Shown: positions 11,171 to 21,131, numbered from the stretch's first letter. The stretch: 55,664 nucleotides of DNA from a virus (IMGVR_UViG_3300001765_000097:1-55664); one strand, 5' to 3'. Notes: generated by a model not told the origin, from the letters alone. Translations and numbers: made by a program.

Positions 11171-11998
11171 TTACCAACTCAAAAATGCAGGTCTTAGTTC
11201 TGGTTCTTTTAACATTCTCCAGAATTTATCACTCGTCCGTTTACCAATTATTATTTCAGTTCTCTTAAAACCACATTTCTCAAATGTAGCTAGGCTAGCC
11301 GCATTATGTGGTTCAATAAATGCTAACCCATATTCTTTATCAGAAAAAAATTCACTAATTGCTTTACTAGCTAAACCTTTCTTCCTATATTTCGGTAATA
11401 TATAGATAGCACCAGTTCTCCAATACATTCTTTTTTTGTATTCAGTTTGTCTAGGTGTATAGAATCCAGCTATTACTTTACCAAAATAAATAGGCACTCT
11501 GGTTTTATCTTTGTCAACTTCAATGATATCTTCTAAGAATGGATCTTTATCAGCCTGCTGAAGTATCTCTAATGGAATGGTTTCATTATAGTTCTCTAAA
11601 GAAGTATTTTTCAGTTTAGCCAGTAAATCTAATATAGCTTTCTTTTGAGAATCTATTAAAATGAAATGTTCTTTTGGTGGTTGCTCATCAGTATCTTTAA
11701 CCCACACTTCTTTCTGCCATTTTAAATCCACTGGATCTATAAACCCATCAGGTACACCAAACTTAAGAAATACTTTTTGTTTGTCTTTAGGCATGTGCTC
11801 ATATCTGTCACAACCTCTAGAATGGCCAATATAAATATCAGCATCTAACTTTGGAATTGTGTACGCTTTACCGTCATTGAATTCTACTCTATCTACACCG
11901 TTAGATTTTAAAAACTTTTCTATTTCTTTGTAGTAATTTCTGGCTAAATCATTATTAATGTATTTAGGATTACCTTTAATTATAATTGCTTTTACCAT
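11171..11998 (-). CDS. Two-domain protein: alpha/beta-hydrolase-like N-terminus plus GNAT acetyltransferase
   Basis: GNAT motif A IYILPKYRKKGLAS and motif B N.ASLATFEKCGF. The N-terminal GHSRG resembles a nucleophile elbow (GxSxG). An SLE motif lies in the linker. Confidence 0.75.
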   Translation of the reverse strand: MVKAIIIKGNPKYINNDLARNYYKEIEKFLKSNGVDRVEFNDGKAYTIPKLDADIYIGHSRGCDRYEHMPKDKQKVFLKFGVPDGFIDPVDLKWQKEVWVKDTDEQPPKEHFILIDSQKKAILDLLAKLKNTSLENYNETIPLEILQQADKDPFLEDIIEVDKDKTRVPIYFGKVIAGFYTPRQTEYKKRMYWRTGAIYILPKYRKKGLASKAISEFFSDKEYGLAFIEPHNAASLATFEKCGFKRTEIIIGKRTSDKFWRMLKEPELRPAFLSW

Positions 11999-12747
11999 TT
12001 GAAATATCCTGGTATTGGTTTATCTTTATAAGACAACAGTGTAGCAGCTAAATTCTTAGCTTCATTGTATTCGCTGGCGCTGCAACTTTTTACTTTGAAA
12101 TCAGATTCCTTATTACAATCTCGCGTGTCAGCATTATCACTAAAGAAAACTTCGGCTTTATGAAACCCAGGATCCAATGTATTTGTAGGGCTAAATTTTA
12201 CACCTTCGGTTTTATTATGTTCGATATAAATAGTGATTAAACTAGTAGGATCATTACCGTCATGAGCGCTTAGCAGTATGGAGCTCACAAACATTTTACC
12301 AATATCGATTGGTTTATATTGTAATGACTTTTCATTGTAAGATACTAACCAATGTTCTAAACTTCTATCTGCATCATAGACTAATCTGTTTGTAGGTTGA
12401 ATACAGTGCATGTATGGTAATTCACATATTTGGTAGCCGCCTCTGAACCCGGTTTGTTTTGATACTTTTGGATGAGTACCGTCAGTGAAGTCGAAATCAC
12501 TTCTAGCATATCCAATTAAACATCCCATCAAATTAGGCGCAACAGTGATTCTGGATGTAGTGTTGTCTTCTGATTTTGCAGCAGATCTTGGCATTTGTGG
12601 GGTAAATACATGCGGTGTCTTTTTATCGATGTGATACATCGCGCCAGCACCTGCGCAGCTTACAATTTGTGATTGATTTTGTACTTTTTTACTTTGTATC
12701 AAAAACCAGTCGTTGATATCTTTTCTATCTTCTTCTAAATTATCCAT
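11992..12747 (-). CDS. Conserved jumbo-phage hypothetical protein (probable virion protein)
   Basis: MYHI..F.P..P..EDNTT.RITVAP.L.GC..G..EHW pattern. AAGGA SD; overlaps the GNAT gene. Confidence 0.7.
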   Translation of the reverse strand: MDNLEEDRKDINDWFLIQSKKVQNQSQIVSCAGAGAMYHIDKKTPHVFTPQMPRSAAKSEDNTTSRITVAPNLMGCLIGYARSDFDFTDGTHPKVSKQTGFRGGYQICELPYMHCIQPTNRLVYDADRSLEHWLVSYNEKSLQYKPIDIGKMFVSSILLSAHDGNDPTSLITIYIEHNKTEGVKFSPTNTLDPGFHKAEVFFSDNADTRDCNKESDFKVKSCSASEYNEAKNLAATLLSYKDKPIPGYFKW

Positions 12748-12781
12748 TATTAAATCCTTTTATTTTAGTCACAAGATTCAT

Positions 12782-12816
12782 ATTCCAGATTTTTTCAATC
12801 ATACATAATTAGATTG
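12782..12816 (+). promoter_or_regulatory. Early promoter P3
   Basis: ATTCCAGATTTTTTCAATCA, TACATAAT at 12802-12809, G at 12816. Confidence 0.7.
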
Positions 12817-12830
12817 GTATTAGTTTAATT

Positions 12831-12852
12831 AATGCTGCAATGCAGCGAAAGG
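12831..12852 (+). promoter_or_regulatory. Leader hairpin-SD element, copy 1
   Basis: AAT-GCTGC-AAT-GCAGC-GAAAGG, ending 7 nt before ATG 12860. Confidence 0.7.
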
Positions 12853-12859
12853 ATTTAGT

Positions 12860-13390
12860 ATGTTTGAAAACCTTTTGATCATGGTAAGATTGTTATTGGC
12901 AACATTGTCGAGCGCTGGTGTCAAAGTCAAGAAAATTGGCTTTGTTGGGGTGGATTATATCGAAGTTATTTTTGATAATAGAGATGATTATCCATCAGTG
13001 TTGGAAATAGCAAACGATGCAGATGTTCCAAAAAAGATTAACTTTACCGTTAGTGTCGCTGATGAAGAAGGTGACTACATGTATCGTGAGTTGTCATTCA
13101 TGAGAGACAGTGGAATGTGCAACGACGATGTTGTTCTTGCATTTGTGACTCTTATTGATATTGATAAACTCAAACCGGCGCCGGTTGAAATTGTCGCACC
13201 TGTCAAAGAAGACTATCATTTCTTCTTCACTAAATTGTGCCGGAAATGTAACGATGTATATTTCAGGAATGAAATTACAAAAGACGCATTTGAGAATCAA
13301 CTTGGTAACGATAATATTGATGTCATTTATGATGACCATTATAATCGACGCATTCAATTGATTAGTGTATGTGCAAAATGTTCTAGTTAA
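12860..13390 (+). CDS. Hypothetical early protein with C-terminal Zn ribbon
   Basis: CRKC..CAKC; has its own promoter, SD and terminator. Confidence 0.75.
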   Translation: MFENLLIMVRLLLATLSSAGVKVKKIGFVGVDYIEVIFDNRDDYPSVLEIANDADVPKKINFTVSVADEEGDYMYRELSFMRDSGMCNDDVVLAFVTLIDIDKLKPAPVEIVAPVKEDYHFFFTKLCRKCNDVYFRNEITKDAFENQLGNDNIDVIYDDHYNRRIQLISVCAKCSS

Positions 13391-13402
13391 AATAATGCAG
13401 AA

Positions 13403-13440
13403 TAATGCATGCATTCCCTTAATTGGGAATGCATGCATTA
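13403..13440. terminator. Bidirectional hairpin
   Basis: 16-bp perfect arms TAATGCATGCATTCCC / GGGAATGCATGCATTA followed by a T run; lies between convergent genes. Confidence 0.8.
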
Positions 13441-13454
13441 CATCCATTTTTTTT

Positions 13455-14732
13455 TTAAACTTGCTGAGCAAGCAATGTAACAGTCAAACCTTTTACATCG
13501 GCATCAATTGCAGCTGGCGCTTCAACAATATCAAAGGTGATTCTTTCGCCTTTAGATACCAATGTATCAACCATATTTGCATTTGGTGTAACAGAGTAAG
13601 TGGTTGCGTTTGATAAATAATTAATTACCATGTAAGCTCCACCGAACATGGAAACACCATTTACTTTAACATCAACTGTTAATTTAACCAGCGGATCCGT
13701 TGTGGCACCAAAATTGCCAACAAATAAATCCATCCAGATGTCTTTTACGTCTAAATCAAATGGAGCTACAATGTATGCTTTGTCAGCACCTGCAGCACAA
13801 ACTTCACCAATCGCGGTTAGTTGAGCGTTAAATGGGAACACCACTGTTGGCGCAGGCGTACCGGCAGGACCTTGTGGACCTGTAGCACCATCAGCGCCAG
13901 CAGGACCTTGTACACCATCAGCACCCGCTGGGCCTTGAGGACCTGCAGGACCTACTTCACCCTGAGGACCAGGAACATTAGATACGCCGTCAGCGCCAGC
14001 TGGTCCCTGAGGACCTGTAGCACCATCCGCACCTGCGGGCCCTTGAGGACCAACAGCACCGTCTGCTCCCGCAGGACCTTGTATACCATCAGCGCCAGCT
14101 GGACCAGCGAGACCTTGTTCACCTTGAATACCTTGAGGACCTGGCACTGTAGAATCTGCACCCGCAGCGCCAGCTGGACCTTGAGGACCAACAGCGCCAT
14201 CTGCACCCGCAGGACCCTGTGGTCCTGGTACGTTGCTAACTCCGTCAGCGCCAGCTGGACCCTGGGGACCTGTAGCACCGTCTGCACCAGCTGGACCTTG
14301 TTCACCTTGTGGACCAGGTACTACTGAGTCAGCACCTGCAGGGCCTTGGGGACCAGCAGGACCAGCAGGTCCTTGCATGCCGTCTGCACCAGTCAAACCT
14401 ATTGATCCTTCAGGTCCAGGAACTGTACTTACTGGACCCATCGGACCTTCAGGACCAGCAGGTCCTGCAACACCTTCAGGACCAATAGGTCCAGTTAAAC
14501 CATCAGCGCCAGCTGGACCTTGAGGACCCATTGGTCCTGATGAACCGACTAGGCTTAGCAACCATTCGCTTTGAGTACCTGTAAAACCAGCAGCGACTGC
14601 GATTTCATATGCACTCATATTAGCAGGTAAAGTGCTAACAGCTGTACTTTTGCTTACGCCACCTTGAACAATTTCAATTAGTTCTGCACCGGTGATTGCA
14701 CTGGCTGGGGGTAATTCTGATATTTTTGACAT
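13455..14732 (-). CDS. Collagen-like fibre protein
   Basis: About 230 aa of G-X-Y triplets ([10 protein letters not shown]). N-terminal KISELP and SAYEIAV..GF.GT.SEWL.SL motifs; C-terminal beta-rich domain. Confidence 0.9.
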   Translation of the reverse strand: MSKISELPPASAITGAELIEIVQGGVSKSTAVSTLPANMSAYEIAVAAGFTGTQSEWLLSLVGSSGPMGPQGPAGADGLTGPIGPEGVAGPAGPEGPMGPVSTVPGPEGSIGLTGADGMQGPAGPAGPQGPAGADSVVPGPQGEQGPAGADGATGPQGPAGADGVSNVPGPQGPAGADGAVGPQGPAGAAGADSTVPGPQGIQGEQGLAGPAGADGIQGPAGADGAVGPQGPAGADGATGPQGPAGADGVSNVPGPQGEVGPAGPQGPAGADGVQGPAGADGATGPQGPAGTPAPTVVFPFNAQLTAIGEVCAAGADKAYIVAPFDLDVKDIWMDLFVGNFGATTDPLVKLTVDVKVNGVSMFGGAYMVINYLSNATTYSVTPNANMVDTLVSKGERITFDIVEAPAAIDADVKGLTVTLLAQQV

Positions 14733-14756
14733 AATTTAATCTCGATTTAAAAAAAG

Positions 14757-15287
14757 TTAATTAATTTCTCTGGGTAGACCGTTTTCAGTCAATCTCATGG
14801 ATCCGTTTTCAGTAGTTCTGAAATTAGTGGGTACCGCGTAATTGATTGACATATTTATATCGCCACTAATCCAAGCAGGATTATCGCGACTTACTCTAAA
14901 ACTAAAAGGAACTGTTGGGTTATCAATTCTTCTATTGATGACGTCAGCACTTACTAAACTTAAATCATGCTCTCTGTTTATATCATCGAGCACATCCCAA
15001 ACAGTTAATGGAAAGGATTTATATGTAGTGAAAGATTTACCATTCAATATATCATCTAGCATCAAACGCCTGTATATGAAACCATTTTCATCAGTGATTA
15101 TAGTGTCTTTACCATCACTGAAATCTACATTAATAAATGTATTTTCGTCATCTGTAATATCCACTCGCAAATCAAGCACTTTAGGTTTGCCTAACTTGAT
15201 TTTACTTTCTTCATATGCTACACCGCTGTAGCGTTCTATTTGATCTAAAGCAATTGCCTTAGATGTTTTTTTGTATTTAGTACTCAT
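14757..15287 (-). CDS. Probable virion structural/adaptor protein
   Basis: AAGGA SD; YRRL.L and N.AW.G motifs. C-terminal FRTTENGSMRLTENGLPREIN is shared with 30892..33498. Confidence 0.7.
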   Translation of the reverse strand: MSTKYKKTSKAIALDQIERYSGVAYEESKIKLGKPKVLDLRVDITDDENTFINVDFSDGKDTIITDENGFIYRRLMLDDILNGKSFTTYKSFPLTVWDVLDDINREHDLSLVSADVINRRIDNPTVPFSFRVSRDNPAWISGDINMSINYAVPTNFRTTENGSMRLTENGLPREIN

Positions 15288-15342
15288 GTTTTCCTTTAAG
15301 ATTATAAAGAATAAGTTGTCATATTATCTTACAACATATTTA

Positions 15343-15369
15343 CCTGTATTACAAATAATGTAATACAGG
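15343..15369 (-). terminator. Hairpin after helicase
   Basis: Arms CCTGTATTACA / TGTAATACAGG. Confidence 0.65.
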
Positions 15370-15380
15370 CAAACAGTGTT

Positions 15381-16916
15381 TTAAGTTGACATGAAAAACG
15401 GCACTTCATCGCCGTGACCTGAGCCAACTGTAGGTGCCCCAATCTTTTTCATATGTATAGCCGGTTTACCTAAGTCATCAGGTATAGGTCCTTTTGGTGG
15501 AAACTCATAAACGCAATACATGTCATCTTCAGAAATGACATCTACACCTCTATGCTTATCTCTTTGCAATGTTAGATAAGACACCTTGTTCAATTTTTCT
15601 ATATGCAAATAAACACCAACATCGTACTCTTGATCAATTTGTTTACTGCCACTGAAATAACCTCTACCTGGCAATAGTTTAACAAAATTCTGATGTCCAT
15701 CTCTAAGCAATTGTTTTGCATCAGTTGACAATTGATGAGGTGTGATCATGGTAATTTTTCTTGTTGAGAAAAAGTTACGAGTCCTCCTATATAGATCCCT
15801 CAACGCATGACCCATAGGCCCATCTTCACAACCGGTAGTAGGAATCATAGGTAAATAATCCACTACACATAAATGGATTTCATAACCGTTAGCTTCTAAT
15901 TCTAAAATATAATTTTGTAAATCTTTATATGTCCAACTGCTAGGATCTACCCTGAGTAATTTAATCTGATAACCATTGACTTGAAGTTTTTCTTTGACAT
16001 ACTTTGCCATTTCAACAGTCGATAATTCTCTGATGTCAGGTAGAACACCTGTCTCATTGAATACTAAATTCTGATACAAGAATTGCAAATTAGTGCTGAG
16101 TGAATCCTCAAAAGAAATTCTAAGTAATAACGGTTTCTTATTCGGATTGATCATTACAGGTTTATTGTAAATAGCAATCTGTTTAAAAAGAGTTAGTGTA
16201 AAACCGGTTTTAAATTTATGTTGAAGTGCAGGTAAGCACACCTGTTCACCTCGTCTAAATCCACCTTGAAGCATTGTATTTAAACCTTGCCATCCAGTGA
16301 TTAATAATCCACTGCAATCTGCCATAGCTTTAACTTCAGCGAATGCATCACTCAATCCACTGGTATCCCCGATATCTACACTAGATACTATAGCTGGGTC
16401 TCGTCTGCTGCTCTCAATTGCAAACGGTTCTAATTTAGTACAGAGATCATTTACAAACCCCCTTATACTTTTGATTTTATCACGGTGAAAACATATCGAT
16501 GAATTAGCTGCTTTAATTATCTTTAATATTTCGTTTTCCCTAAATGTATCATTTATGAATTTCCTTATGGATAGGACAGTTCTTTTCAGACTACCTTCAT
16601 CCATATCTTTTTCAATCTCTTGAGAAAAAGCTTCGTATAATTTATCATCGTTTAGACAGTTGACTCTTAACCTTTGCAGTATTTCATCTTTTTCATAAAT
16701 TGTATCGAAAGGATTACCACACATATATAGAGCAGTCTCTTTTAAAGCCTGCAACTCTATATGTCCGTGATTTAAACTAACTGATTCAGTTGGTAAAATA
16801 ATTGTCTCTAATATAGTGCGCACTAGATCGGCACTGTTTTCACTTTTCTCAGACAACAATCCTTCTCTATATAAAAGTGTGATAGCTTTTACTATAACTA
16901 ATTTTGGATCATTCAT
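15381..16916 (-). CDS. dnaB: DnaB-like replicative helicase (phiKZ gp118-like)
   Basis: TGWQGLN.ML.GGFRRGE, variant Walker A ALQHKFKT, ISFE, Walker B CVVDYL, TPHQLS, I.QE.D and R.KHRG arginine finger. Divergent from the capsid operon as in phiKZ. Confidence 0.88.
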   Translation of the reverse strand: MNDPKLVIVKAITLLYREGLLSEKSENSADLVRTILETIILPTESVSLNHGHIELQALKETALYMCGNPFDTIYEKDEILQRLRVNCLNDDKLYEAFSQEIEKDMDEGSLKRTVLSIRKFINDTFRENEILKIIKAANSSICFHRDKIKSIRGFVNDLCTKLEPFAIESSRRDPAIVSSVDIGDTSGLSDAFAEVKAMADCSGLLITGWQGLNTMLQGGFRRGEQVCLPALQHKFKTGFTLTLFKQIAIYNKPVMINPNKKPLLLRISFEDSLSTNLQFLYQNLVFNETGVLPDIRELSTVEMAKYVKEKLQVNGYQIKLLRVDPSSWTYKDLQNYILELEANGYEIHLCVVDYLPMIPTTGCEDGPMGHALRDLYRRTRNFFSTRKITMITPHQLSTDAKQLLRDGHQNFVKLLPGRGYFSGSKQIDQEYDVGVYLHIEKLNKVSYLTLQRDKHRGVDVISEDDMYCVYEFPPKGPIPDDLGKPAIHMKKIGAPTVGSGHGDEVPFFMST

Positions 16917-17015
16917 AATTGATTAATTTCCTTTTATTAATTAAAATTCTTTTTCAAAAGCTTTTCCTTTTGAACACAACATTAATAACAGTTATATTTT
17001 TTAAAGTGTAATTAA

Positions 17016-17019
17016 TATG
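17016..17019 (+). promoter_or_regulatory. Candidate late promoter (TATG) for the capsid operon
   Basis: TATG is the phiKZ late consensus and lies here in an AT-rich intergenic region 54 nt upstream of 17073. A 4-mer is weak evidence. Confidence 0.35.
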
Positions 17020-17072
17020 ACACGCGTTGGTGGCGCTATAATCTGAGTATATTTTTAAAATAGAAGGAAACT

Positions 17073-17564
17073 ATGAGTATTCATGTTGAAAAAAATGTAT
17101 TTTTGGTACCGTATTGGATAGTGAATACTGTAGAGAGAAATCGTCTTACATTGAACACTATTTTAGATCTAGAGAAACTCACCAGTATTACTAGTGCAGA
17201 AGATCTAGCTTTGACGTCTTTGCTTAATGAACATAGTGAGAAAATTTTTGGGATTAGCTCATATTCTCCATCCCTTTATACTAACTGGTATAAAGATAGC
17301 GTTAGTTGGGATAAATTCAATACACAAATTAAACCATTAGAGCCAATCGTGTCTAATGATTTAGAGAGTAGATTATTTAATGAATCTTCTCGTAATGAAA
17401 GATACCCCGTGCCTTTTGAAATTAAAGATGTTGATTCTAATACATTTTTGATTATTATCTATCCGGGGTTTTTTGGAGGGCCTGATTATAAACATCACCA
17501 ATTTAATATTACTAAAGAGTTATTAAAGCTATTCTATGTGTACGAATCGGCGCCAGATATATGA
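17073..17564 (+). CDS. Small virion-associated protein (phiKZ gp119 position)
   Basis: Syntenic between helicase and capsid; AAGGA SD. Confidence 0.7.
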   Translation: MSIHVEKNVFLVPYWIVNTVERNRLTLNTILDLEKLTSITSAEDLALTSLLNEHSEKIFGISSYSPSLYTNWYKDSVSWDKFNTQIKPLEPIVSNDLESRLFNESSRNERYPVPFEIKDVDSNTFLIIIYPGFFGGPDYKHHQFNITKELLKLFYVYESAPDI

Positions 17565-17707
17565 ATATTATATAAATCAATTGTGATGTAATATTAAAAT
17601 ATATAATCAATATTGTGTGCAGCTAAAGTGCAACAGAATTAAAACGCTGGGTAGTTTATTTTACTTTTCTAAATTTTTATATTCTTAACCGAAGGACAAC
17701 TTTCAAA

Positions 17708-19912
17708 ATGAAACATCAAAATCTCTTTACTAACCGTGGCATGTCGCCTCAAGTAGAAGTATCCCCATTGGCATTGGTTGTAGAATCATTGCAATCAGTG
17801 GTGAATCAAGGACCTGGTCAATTTGCTACACCTGAAGTAGCTAAGGCTGCCATGGCTCTAGAGAGCATGTCTCCAGATAAACAGTTTCAACTGAATACAG
17901 CTGTTACTAATCTGTCGAATGTTATTGATACTTGCTTGAAGACTTTGCCAGGTTTTGGTAAACTCAATGTGGCTCAAGAATCAGCAGCTATTGCAGCTGG
18001 CGTGATGGCTTCTGCACCACAGTCATATTTCATTAAACCCATTCAAACTGCTGGTTCTTTACAAGCAGCTGCATCGGGTACCAATACTACCGTGATCGGT
18101 AATAACGGTATCAATGGCGCAATGGAAAGCCGTGCATTTGCATTAGAAGCTTTTGATACAAAAGAAAACAAGAATGCCATGGTGTATTCAGTTGCTTACA
18201 ATATGCAAGCAGCTCGTCAAGACGAATTCGGTGAAGCCTTCTTCCCAACCGTAGTGGTTACACCTGACAATGTCGGTTTCATGGTATCTATCCGTCTGAT
18301 CTTCGTGCAAGATGAAGTTCGTCGCGAACTCAATGGCTCGTTAGACAAGTTTGGTCGCAAGAACGTTATCAAAGCCGTGATAGACGCAACAATCCTGCGT
18401 AACGATCAAACTAAGATTGTTCCTATCGTGCGTACCGGCGGCGGTGCTAATGATTCTACAGTTAATTTCGTAGCTGCTGCTGATGTGGCTCCCTACACTG
18501 TTACTTTAGATACACAACCTGTTGTGACTGCACCTTTAGCAGTTGGCAAGAAGTTCTCTCTGTTAGGTATTTCACAAACTGCTGCACTGTTAGCAACTGG
18601 TATCCTTGATAGCACCGACGCTATCGATTCAGCTGTTCGTTTGAGCGCAGTGTATGTTAAAGTTAAAGCCGATGCTACTAACCCAGCAGCTGTTGTTAAA
18701 TTTAACGTAGATAAGCTCCCACGCTTCAACTATGCAGTACAAGGTAACACTCGTTTGCTGCAATTGAACTTTGAATCAGACGCTTTGAAGGTTGTTTCAA
18801 CTACTAAGAAAATTGATGGTTCAGCCGTTCCTCAATTTGCAGCTTTGACTGACCACACTGTTCGTTTGAGCGCAGTGTATGTTAAAGTTAAAGCCGATGC
18901 TACTAACCCAGCAGCTGTTGTTAAATTTAACGTAGATAAGCTCCCACGCACAGTTGACGGCCAAATCATGGATCTGACTGCAGGTACAGGTGCTACTATT
19001 GCCGCTATTTTCGCTGGCGCTACTGTTATTGGTTACGACTTAGTCGCTTACCGTACCAATAGTAACCGTCGTCAACGTGGTCAGCTGATTGACACTCAAT
19101 ACGTCAATCATCTCTACACAGTGCCTCTGTTGCCTCCCATTACCGCTTTGCGTCCAGTGGGTGACACTGAAGCCAATGACAGCTCACTGTTATCAGCTTT
19201 GATTACAACTACACACATCCGTACCAGCAACGCTGCTGTGGGTGCTTTGCTTGACGCACGCGATTTCTTGAAAGACTTCGTAAGCGCTTCTGATGCAGCT
19301 ACTGATGCTCCAGAAATTCTAGGCGTTGCTCGTTATTTGGTATCACCAGCTTACGCTGAAGATACACTTGACACTGAGACACAAATTGATTCTCTGAAGT
19401 CATCTGACCGCGCTGAAGACATGGTTGCTTTGATTATCAACAAGATCCGTGACATGGCTTATCGCCTGTACACCACTTCTGGTTACAAGGCTGCTTGCGA
19501 TGCGTTGTTTGACGGTGCTGCTCCTAAGCCAATGGTTATTATCGGTACAGATCCAATTCTGAACCGTTACTTGACATTGAACGGCGACATGCGTCTATTG
19601 GGTGAATACTTCGATTACAAGCTAGTTTCTACACTGGACAGCCGTATGACTGGTAAACTCATCCTTACCTTCGGTATGGAAACCAGCTACAATTCTGGCG
19701 TGCCTAATCCTCTGCATTTCGGTGCAATGGCTTGGAAACCAGAACTGACACTGATGATGCCTATCGTTCGTAATGGCGCTACCACAATGGAGCTGACCGT
19801 ACAGCCTTCATTCCGTCACATTGTTTCATTGCCTGTGATGGGTTCACTCGATGTTGTTGGTATCCAAAACATCATTGCTGATAAGGCCGTAGTTCAGACG
19901 CATGTTGTATAG
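17708..19912 (+). CDS. Major capsid protein precursor (phiKZ gp120-like)
   Basis: 734 aa with YN..AARQDEFGEAFFPT, RTNSNRRQRGQL and PNPLHFG motifs. A-X-E protease sites (ALE 50-52, AQE 89-91, AME 138-140, ALE 145-147), codon usage of a highly expressed gene, and synteny. Confidence 0.93.
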   Translation: MKHQNLFTNRGMSPQVEVSPLALVVESLQSVVNQGPGQFATPEVAKAAMALESMSPDKQFQLNTAVTNLSNVIDTCLKTLPGFGKLNVAQESAAIAAGVMASAPQSYFIKPIQTAGSLQAAASGTNTTVIGNNGINGAMESRAFALEAFDTKENKNAMVYSVAYNMQAARQDEFGEAFFPTVVVTPDNVGFMVSIRLIFVQDEVRRELNGSLDKFGRKNVIKAVIDATILRNDQTKIVPIVRTGGGANDSTVNFVAAADVAPYTVTLDTQPVVTAPLAVGKKFSLLGISQTAALLATGILDSTDAIDSAVRLSAVYVKVKADATNPAAVVKFNVDKLPRFNYAVQGNTRLLQLNFESDALKVVSTTKKIDGSAVPQFAALTDHTVRLSAVYVKVKADATNPAAVVKFNVDKLPRTVDGQIMDLTAGTGATIAAIFAGATVIGYDLVAYRTNSNRRQRGQLIDTQYVNHLYTVPLLPPITALRPVGDTEANDSSLLSALITTTHIRTSNAAVGALLDARDFLKDFVSASDAATDAPEILGVARYLVSPAYAEDTLDTETQIDSLKSSDRAEDMVALIINKIRDMAYRLYTTSGYKAACDALFDGAAPKPMVIIGTDPILNRYLTLNGDMRLLGEYFDYKLVSTLDSRMTGKLILTFGMETSYNSGVPNPLHFGAMAWKPELTLMMPIVRNGATTMELTVQPSFRHIVSLPVMGSLDVVGIQNIIADKAVVQTHVV
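18633..18949 (+). repeat. Exact 92-bp direct repeat inside capsid gene (18633-18724 and 18858-18949)
   Basis: CTGTTCGTTTGAGCGCAG...GATAAGCTCCCACGC occurs twice, 225 bp apart and in frame (VRLSAVYVKVKADATNPAAVVKFNVDKLPR x2). Confidence 0.95.
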
Positions 19913-19950
19913 GTATACACTGTATTAACGGTTGCTATTCATTTTTAAAT

Positions 19951-19980
19951 CATAAAAAGGGATTAATTTCCCTTTTTATG
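19951..19980 (+). terminator. Terminator after capsid gene
   Basis: CATAAAAAGGGA-TTAATT-TCCCTTTTTATG. Confidence 0.8.
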
Positions 19981-19984
19981 CTCT

Positions 19985-21031
19985 ATGTTATGTAGCAACT
20001 ATAATCACAGATTGTGTAGTAAAATGAACAAATGTGTTTTGACAGAATGCATAGAGTTACCAGGATTTTACCATGTGCCTAATTTTGATACGTATGTTGT
20101 TAATGTAGACGGTGTATTTTTTAATCTAAAAACAAAAAAGTATATTACCGTTAATGTTAAAAATAGTAGGTACAATAGAATAGAGTTTTGTGTAGACGGT
20201 AAAATGTTTAATAAAACGGTTCATCGTATATTAGCATTTATGTTTATACCGAAACCTAAACATCTGGAAAATATACCATATGAAAAATTGGAGATAAATC
20301 ATATTGATAATAATCCTCGAAATAACTCTCTAAGCAATTTAGAATGGTGTACTCGTTCTGAAAATATTAGGCACTCTATATTAAAAGGTAATGCGATATG
20401 TACACCGGTGTTAGCTAGAGATGTTCACACCGACATTATAAGAAGATTTGATATAGTTCAAGATTGTATTGATTTCTTTAATATTCCTAAAGATAAATTA
20501 TTTAAACATTTAAAATCTAGATATATTGGAACATTAACTAAAGATTTTCATGTATTCAAATACGATGATAATATACCGTGGCCTAAATTACAAAAACATC
20601 AAATTGTTCAAAATAGTTTATTATATGAACAAAGAGGTCATTGGCTAGGATTAAATATTAATAAGAAATTAATATTAGCTAATACACTCAAAGATTTATG
20701 TGATCTCATTGGTTTAAATTATTGGACAACTTTAAATGTGATAAAAGCTCAAGGTGGTCGCAGTGATGAAGGTAATAAAGTAAAAGATTGGCTAATTCAA
20801 TATAAATGCACTACACCTCCAGAAATATTATGTTTATTGCCAGATAAAAAAATAAAAAACAATAAACCTAAACCATTAAAATTAATAAATACGTTAACAA
20901 ATGAAGAAATTGTATTTGAAAATTATTCGGAAATTTGTAAACATTTAAACATAGCTAAAGACAAATTGGCTAGAACATTGTTTTTAGGTAATGGTAAATA
21001 TTTACATTTTAAAATAGAACACGTTGTCTGA
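19985..21031 (+). CDS. Free-standing HNH homing endonuclease
   Basis: VHRILA..F and EINHIDNNPRNN.LSNLEWCT.SEN..H (HNH_3/I-HmuI type), with C-terminal IENR/NUMOD1-like HTH modules. Confidence 0.9.
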   Translation: MLCSNYNHRLCSKMNKCVLTECIELPGFYHVPNFDTYVVNVDGVFFNLKTKKYITVNVKNSRYNRIEFCVDGKMFNKTVHRILAFMFIPKPKHLENIPYEKLEINHIDNNPRNNSLSNLEWCTRSENIRHSILKGNAICTPVLARDVHTDIIRRFDIVQDCIDFFNIPKDKLFKHLKSRYIGTLTKDFHVFKYDDNIPWPKLQKHQIVQNSLLYEQRGHWLGLNINKKLILANTLKDLCDLIGLNYWTTLNVIKAQGGRSDEGNKVKDWLIQYKCTTPPEILCLLPDKKIKNNKPKPLKLINTLTNEEIVFENYSEICKHLNIAKDKLARTLFLGNGKYLHFKIEHVV

Positions 21032-21082
21032 TAAAGATACGGTGTAAAAAAAGATATCGCTACTGAATGAGTAGGTTATTTT

Positions 21083-21127
21083 CATAATCCCCTAGCTTAG
21101 CTCACAAGGCTTTGCTAGGGGATTATG
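21083..21127 (+). terminator. Long hairpin
   Basis: Arms CATAATCCCCTAGC / GCTAGGGGATTATG. Confidence 0.75.
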
Positions 21128-21131
21128 TTGT

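Noticed and set aside
13821-14523. Alternative-frame and antisense ORFs over the collagen gene (13821+, 13952-, 14233+)
   Set aside because: By-products of GC-rich G-X-Y codon periodicity lacking stops; no RBS. The same applies to ORFs at 54213-54708.
17540-17610. Possible frameshift truncating the 17073 gene (alternative frame reads RYMNII*)
   Set aside because: Cannot be supported without homologue alignment; the ORF is plausible as is.
18633-18949. Possible DGR template/variable repeat pair
   Set aside because: Copies are identical with no adenine-specific mismatches, and no reverse transcriptase is in the window.
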